64,000 nucleotides of DNA. It comes from Eledone cirrhosa (lineage: Eukaryota). Positions 57,441 to 64,000 of this stretch are shown one piece after another. Position numbers and translations under genes: made by a program. Within the stretch, counting starts at the first letter, position 1, and each line of letters opens with the position of its first letter. The notes under the pieces were generated by a model. It was not told the DNA's origin and searched no databases. It worked only from the letters and a program-made list of their open reading frames with translations. The stretch covers positions 34,348,001 to 34,412,000 of the forward strand of contig OZ024756.1 in NCBI GenBank assembly GCA_964016885.1, written 5' to 3'.

Positions 57441-58200
57441 TCATGTCATCAGCACGACCACATTACAGGGTGGACTGGGCGCTTTTTGATGTATCACTAG
57501 CATGCCCTCATTACAGGATGGACTAGACGGTTTTTGTTGTCACTAGCACAACCACATTACAAGGTGGACTGGGAATTTTTTGTTGTGTCACCAGCAAGGC
57601 CACCTTACAGGATATACTGGGGTGCTTTTCTTGTGGCATCGGATCAGCATATAGGGTGAACATAGGACTTTTTGTCATGGCAATGGTATTGTGGGAGATC
57701 AGATGTAGAGAGTGTCCTGCTTGTATGCGTGATTTGGGCTGGCAAGGTGTATCGGGGGGGGGGGGGGGGGGGGATCAAGTAAGCAAGTTTGACATTTCAT
57801 GTTGTGCACATAAGGCTGTTTTCTGCAGTACAGCATAATAGCCAGATATATTGATCTTGTGTCATCTCCTTTGTGAGGTTTAATTGGGCAAGATCAGTTT
57901 TTATCACATCACCCCAAGCTTTACGAGATCTTCCTCTTCCATAGTTTCCATCAACTTTGAATGCCCTGTACCCTTTTTATACAGCTGCCAACCTCCATAC
58001 GCATCACATGTTCAAACCACCGCAATATTCTCTCCTATATATTGCATCTGATTCCTCTTATGCCCAGTTTCTCTCTTAGTTCATTGAGGTTTTGTCGTTC
58101 AGGCACATTACTATTGCACATTCATCAAAGAATACAAGCATTATTTCCAATCTTCATAGGTCCTCTGCACATATGTTTGTGCATGGAATATATATATATA

Positions 58201-58259
58201 TATTGGGTCGTGAAGTATGAAATTTGTAGAAAAAAAAAACAAATTTCGTACTTGACGAC

Positions 58260-58265
<6 letters not shown>
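58201..58265. mobile_element. 65-bp mariner-like mini-MITE in (TA)n
   Basis: TATTGGGTCGTGAAGTATGAAATTTGT / ACAAATTTCGTACTTGACGACCCAATA. Confidence 0.65.
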
Positions 58266-58327
<62 letters not shown>

Positions 58328-58678
58328 AAAAAAAAGAAAGAGATACACAAACATATTACAATTGGTGGAAGATAGTTCTTTTCCACTGGTTTTCTTTTCA
58401 GATTAAATGACAAATGAAACCTGTTCACCTCTATAGTTGATCATGGTGGCATTTGAATTCGGAAAACGAGCCGTAACCATATACCACAAAGCATTTTGTC
58501 TGAGGCTCTAAGGACTCTGCCAATCCAGACTTCATAACAACAACAACCAATAATAACAACAATAACGATGATAATGTTATGAGAAATTCAGCAATTTCAT
58601 TGACGTATAATTACATAGAGGGCTGCAAGTATATCTCTTCTCTTTTTTGATGTGCATATATTTGTGTGCGTGTATGTG

Positions 58679-58718
<40 letters not shown>

Positions 58719-59600
58719 TTTCTTTTTACATATAAATATCTATATATATATATCATGCACACAAACGCGCACTCAAATATATATTTTCTGCACACACACA
58801 CTCATACATACATACACACATATATACAGAAACACATATATACATATATATATAAATATTTTTTTAACAAATGTAGACCCTATATACATGTGTATAAGTC
58901 ACACCATTTTACATACAACATTCAAAATTTATCATGTATTTGAAATTGAAGCTTTGTAAAGCCTGTAGATAAGCCACACGCTGGTTTTTTTCATGGGAAA
59001 AAGTGTGACTTTATGCAAATATATGTTATATATGTGAGATAATATATTATATATATATACACCATATATGGTCGTGTGTATGTGTATATATATATATATA
59101 AACTGTATATGGTCATGTATACATATATACATACTTGTGCATAAGTCATACCTCCAATTTACATAGATTTATAATGTACCATGTATTTTGAATTGACATT
59201 TTTGAAGGTCTAGCAGACGAGTCACATGCTGGGTTTTTCATATTGTACCTTTGTGGGAAAAGGTGTGACTTATACACAAGTATTTACAGTATATATGTCT
59301 ATGTGTATGTATATACATATAAATAAATATATATAAAGATATATTAATATATATTAATATATATAAATATAAAGATATATAAATATATATATATATATAT
59401 ATACATATATATCATTCTCATCATTTAATGTCTGTTTTTCCATGCATGCTGGCATGGGTTGGACCAATAAGTATATATATATGTGTGTATGCAGATGTAT
59501 GTGTATGTATATATATATATATATATATTAGTTATCAGCCCTTCTTGTTCAGTTGAGGCAAGCAGGCATGTTGTGGTAAGGGTCTGCAACTCGAAGTTTA

Positions 59601-61009
59601 TCACAATCCGTTCATATTTATGTCAGTCGGCATGAGGTAGTCGTGCATGGCATATTTCCACGTCCAGAGTCGCGCGATCCGTTCAAATTCCTGCCGCCCA
59701 CTGACGTAAAGCCGGCCTATCGTCGGTTCCATGCACACATGGCAGTAAGGATCGGTCAACAACGACTGGATGCTAATGAGAACTTTAGAAATAGTCAATG
59801 CCAAACTCCAGTTGTGGTGGATAGAGTCGAGACCGATATCTCCATGGCGACTGATGTTTGGGTGGAAGATTTTCGTGATAAAACGCACTTTCGGGGGCTT
59901 CATAGGGTAACTGGAAATATCGTAAAGGGATACAGTGTAATGATATATAACATGACTATATACAAATATATACACAAACATCATCATCATCATTACATAG
60001 GTATATATTCATCATCGCCTTTACATTCACTTTCCCATACTGGCAAGAGTTGGCCGAGGCATTTATGAGGCAGTATTCTACGGCCAGAGGCCCTTCCTGA
60101 TACCAATCCATAAGTTATAAGTATAGTTTAAAGCAGTGCACCAGCATGACCACAGTCTAATTAGTAAAACCACGAGAATTTATATATACACACATATATA
60201 TATATTTGTGTGTGTGTGTGTGTCTATATATATACACATTTCAAACTGCTTATGCTTATCATTGAGTTGTTTCTCTTATCTCATATTTTTAAATATGTAA
60301 ATTTGCCCTAGTAGCAGCTGATCCAAGTTTAAAAAACAGCATGGTAAGGTTCCAGCTGAAACACCTTTCATCATAGGTCTATTTGACCAGGGCTGATTTG
60401 GTATTAAACAAGAACAACTTCAGAACTCACCATAAATCCAACAAAAATATTAATAGTTTTTGATTTAGGCACAAGGCCAACAATGTTGCTAAAAGTTGAT
60501 TAAATTGACACCAGTACTTGACTGGTACTTTATTTCATTGATCCCAAAAGGATGAAAGGCAAAGTTGACCTCGGTAAGATTTGAACATAGAACATATAAA
60601 GTCAAAAGAAACACCATAAAGTGTTTTTCCCTGACTCTAACAACTCTCTTAATCCACCACCCTATCCAACAACAACAATAATAGTAACAATAACAAGAAC
60701 AACAATAATATATAATGCAAATTCTGTATCCACTCACCTGTCTGGGATCTGTAGATAAAGTAAGAACTGACCACCCTCATATGGGCTTCCTTGGGGTCCA
60801 GTGATGGAAGCCTGCCAGTGGCAACAGTTTTGGTCTAAGGGGGTCGCTTGAATACCTTCAGGTGGGTCAGTCTTTAGGGTTTTCAATTCACTTCGTAATC
60901 TTCTGTGGCGCCAGGAATTCTCTTTGATAGGTGGAGTGCTCTACAGATTATAAATAAACAATACTTATATATGTATATATATATATATACACCCACACAC
61001 ATCTCTAAA

Positions 61010-61048
<39 letters not shown>

Positions 61049-62269
61049 TATATAAAGAAATTTACAGTTCATACCAATACGAGTTTAGCTGGCTTCCTAC
61101 AAGGCCACATTTTATAGGAGGGTTTTTAGGTGTTTTAATGATAGGGGAACAATGTGAAATGAAGCATCTTGCTCAAGAACATAAGCTGCTAGATTCAGTT
61201 AATTGAACCCATGACCCTATGATCATGAGTCCAACAGCCTAACCACCTAGCCAAACATTATGTAGTTCTCAGGGAGATTCAGTGTGACAAGATGGAAAAC
61301 CAGATGTTAAAGATTAAGACAAGACATGATGAGGAATGAAATAAACCGGGTTAACCCATGGCAATATGGCAGATCATGTGTTAAAATGATGAGTTGGTGA
61401 ACCAAAGCTAGTTTACTGTTAGTAAAGAATAAAGAAAAAGTCAAGGACAAAAATAGAAGCAGTTTATGAAGTTGAAATCCTAACATTGTAACAAAACTGC
61501 TATTTCTAACATGTAGAGGAACTGTCTGAAACTGCTCCTAGCTCTATGACAAAAAGCTGTTTGTTTTAAAGTGTTGATATTTATCTAAATACTTTCAATC
61601 ATAATTTTATGTAAAAACCTTTGTTAAGTTATGCTGCAAACACAAACTTATTAATGAGAAAGTTAGTTATATTACTAAATCCTTTCAATTTTTTTTTATT
61701 ATAAGTTATGTGAAAATCATAAGCAGTGTGTGTGTGGTAATGAAAGAGTTAAGACACATCAAGGAGCCTGGTTAGAAGGGAATTATTCAATAAAACACAC
61801 AAGTTTACAGTACTTACTGTCTCATATATCAACTGTGCTGATTTAGAAACCTGCCAGGTACAAATGAAAACTATGTGATAATGCCTCGTAGAGGAACCAT
61901 GCTGTTTGTTGAGGGAAGGAAAGGCAATGCCCATGACACTTTTCAGGGTCACATAGACTGACTCATAGAATAGAGGAAGCTATCTTTATGTGATAGCGTC
62001 TAAAAATGAATTAAACCGCATAAGTAATGTATTTCAACATAAATTTAGTCACAAAACAGTCAAACCTCTGCAATTTCTTCCTAGCCATGTTTTTTTCCCT
62101 ACATACGTCTAAACTGAACCTAAATCATACCACAATGTCCTCAAAAGTGCCAGAAAAGATCATGGGAGCACTGTCTCCTCCTGTAAGATAAATATAATAT
62201 AAAATAATGGTTTCTTTTACCTGAAGCATCATACTTTCCAAACAGTAACGGCACGGTGAACTCTCCAGT
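59601..62269 (-). CDS. morgue: Morgue-like ubiquitin E2 variant (UBC fold with catalytic Cys->Gly), 3' exons only; 5' part lost at the assembly gap
   Basis: Minus-strand exons 62221-62269 (LESSPCRYCLESMMLQ), 60738-60940 (STPPIKENSWRHRRLRSELKTLKTDPPEGIQATPLDQNCCHWQASITGPQGSPYEGGQFLLYLQIPDS) and 59601-59910 (YPMKPPKVRFITKIFHPNISRHGDIGLDSIHHNWSLALTISKVLISIQSLLTDPYCHVCMEP...ARLWTWKYAMHD, stop). HPNxSRHGDxG plus WTWKYAM match the Morgue signature as I recall it. The F-box and zinc-finger exons are not visible. Confidence 0.85.
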
Positions 62270-62385
62270 CTATAAAGGAGGAAAATGACACATGAATGTA
62301 AGTAAGTCAAACAACAGTAGATTCTGTTATACAGGGTGCGGCAAAAATAACTCCTACATCTTAACAGTTAATCATGTAAAATATG

Positions 62386-62585
62386 NNNNNNNNNNNNNNN
62401 NNNNNNNNNNNNNNNNNNNNNNNNNNNNNNNNNNNNNNNNNNNNNNNNNNNNNNNNNNNNNNNNNNNNNNNNNNNNNNNNNNNNNNNNNNNNNNNNNNNN
62501 NNNNNNNNNNNNNNNNNNNNNNNNNNNNNNNNNNNNNNNNNNNNNNNNNNNNNNNNNNNNNNNNNNNNNNNNNNNNNNNNNNNNN
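62386..62585. other. Assembly gap (200 N) followed by a ~120-nt poly-A run
   Basis: Run of N; the round length suggests a placeholder of unknown true size. Confidence 0.99.
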
Positions 62586-62661
<76 letters not shown>

Positions 62662-62665
62662 AAAA

Positions 62666-62707
<42 letters not shown>

Positions 62708-62969
62708 TTTAAAATTCTTCATTGATTAATTGAAATAAGTCGTAAAAAGGTTCAATTAAAATCTTCCAACATAATTTTATATAAGAAACATAAGATACTA
62801 TCTTTGAAATGAAACAATTAATTTTAGTCAATGCCTCCAAATTCTTCATTAATTAATTAAAATAGAGTATATTTCATTAGAAATACAGCCAGGAAAGGGT
62901 AATCACAGTCCTGCCTGGGTATTGAATTGAAAATATATTTTTCAAATGTTTTCTGTAATGTTTTTTCAG

Positions 62970-63752
62970 GTGTCCTATTCTTTGGGTATGTATTTCTTCC
63001 ATTTAGAAGAATATTCTGAAGCCTATGAAATGTTCAAGATCACAGAAGAATCTTTTGTACCAGTGAGTTGATATATACTTTTATTCTAGTTTCAGTCATT
63101 TGATTTCTATCATGCTGGGGCACCATTTATTTATGTGTGGCTCTTGTATTATCTATTTGTGCATGTATATATGTATATGCTTGCTGTATTTTGTATTATT
63201 TGTGTATATGCCTGTTGTAGTTATGTGAATGTATGTATGTAAGTATTTGTATGTGTTGTATAATCCATTTGTATATATATATTTACATATGTATGTTGTA
63301 TTATCTGTGTGTATATATATTATATACATATCCCTAACAGGTAACTAAACAGGTTGGCATCTGGAAGGGCATCCAGCTGTAAAACATTGTTTCCAAACAT
63401 CCCATCCAAACTATGCCAGCATGGAAAACTGGATGCAAAAATGATGATATATATATATGAAGAATGTATCATCTCTATATATCTATATATGTGTGTGCAT
63501 GTATGTCTGCTGTTTTGCCTATCTGTCTATCTCTCCCCCTCTCTGTTAATTTCTCTTTCAATGTATATATTTATATCTGTATGAGTCTGTTTCTGTTTTG
63601 TATTCTAGAGAGGTTACTACTGCCGAGTAAACAATGACCACCTGAGAGGTTACCTGGTGGCCTGCTGTAATGTGTTGTCTGTCGTGTTACCTTCCTCTTA
63701 CACACAGTCTGCCTTTGAGAGGGCTGAGGAATCAAAGACCAAGAACCACGAG
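62970..63752 (+). CDS. INTS8: Two internal coding exons, probably Integrator complex subunit 8
   Basis: Exons 62970-63062 (VSYSLGMYFFHLEEYSEAYEMFKITEESFVP) and 63609-63752 (RGYYCRVNNDHLRGYLVACCNVLSVVLP...), both phase 0 with polypyrimidine-AG acceptors and GTGAGT/GTAAGA donors. Resembles human INTS8 QVCYDLGAAYF...HCTIDEKRLAGYCQAC from memory; not in the ORF track. Confidence 0.65.
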
Positions 63753-64000
63753 GTAAGAAATACACACATACACAGACATTAATAGACACAGGCACACATA
63801 TGGTTAGAAGCAAGAGACAGTGAGTTCAATTCTCTGTAGTGGACTGCTGTCCACATTTTTCTGTCCTTAAAGGTATTTTACCCAGTTTTCTAAAGTCATT
63901 ATACATATAAAATTTTTATATTTAACAGGGTTTAATTGATATTCTTATGGAAGACAACATTAAAAAGGAACTTTCTAAGGAATACCGTCACCAATTATTT

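Noticed and set aside
61818-61850. Possible 33-nt in-frame micro-exon (VSKSAQLIYET) of morgue
   Set aside because: Splice signals are plausible, but the flanking exons join sensibly without it; it cannot be supported without RNA data.
62131-62180. Candidate extra morgue exon (AG...GT bounded, minus strand)
   Set aside because: It would need a 40-nt intron and gives an in-frame TGA after the phase-0 upstream exon.
62586-62704. Poly-A as a retrocopy tail or poly-Lys ORF
   Set aside because: It abuts the assembly gap and is low-quality homopolymer with no identifiable body.

Overview
AT-rich, microsatellite-dense animal genomic DNA. The repeat landscape (huge (TA)n/(CA)n tracts, abundant tRNA-derived SINEs, RTE and Tx1 LINE debris) suggests a coleoid cephalopod such as Octopus; this is inference. 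Positions 1-29 kb contain no recognisable host gene. From 29 kb there is a compact spliced gene cluster, reconstructed by hand from GT-AG sites and frame phases. It comprises RPAP3 (+, 29072-38489), tRNA-Leu(TAG) (-, 39950-40031), cereblon/CRBN (+, 41597-55081), the 3' exons of a Morgue-type E2 variant with the catalytic Cys replaced by Gly (-, 59601-62269), a 200-N gap, and two internal INTS8-like exons (+, 62970-63752). RPAP3 carries a recent in-frame tandem duplication of four exons that encode its TPR module. The most striking non-genic signal is a dispersed set of about ten minimal type I hammerhead ribozyme motifs (CUGANGA-helix II-GAAA-short palindromic helix III-NUH). They lie in short elements lodged in (TA)n tracts, several as long fold-back palindromes, and helix II covaries between copies. 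This points to a Penelope-like/retrozyme-type non-autonomous retroelement system. One 357-bp fold-back carrying a ribozyme on each strand sits in CRBN intron 1. Almost all ORFs in the supplied track are microsatellite translation artefacts.
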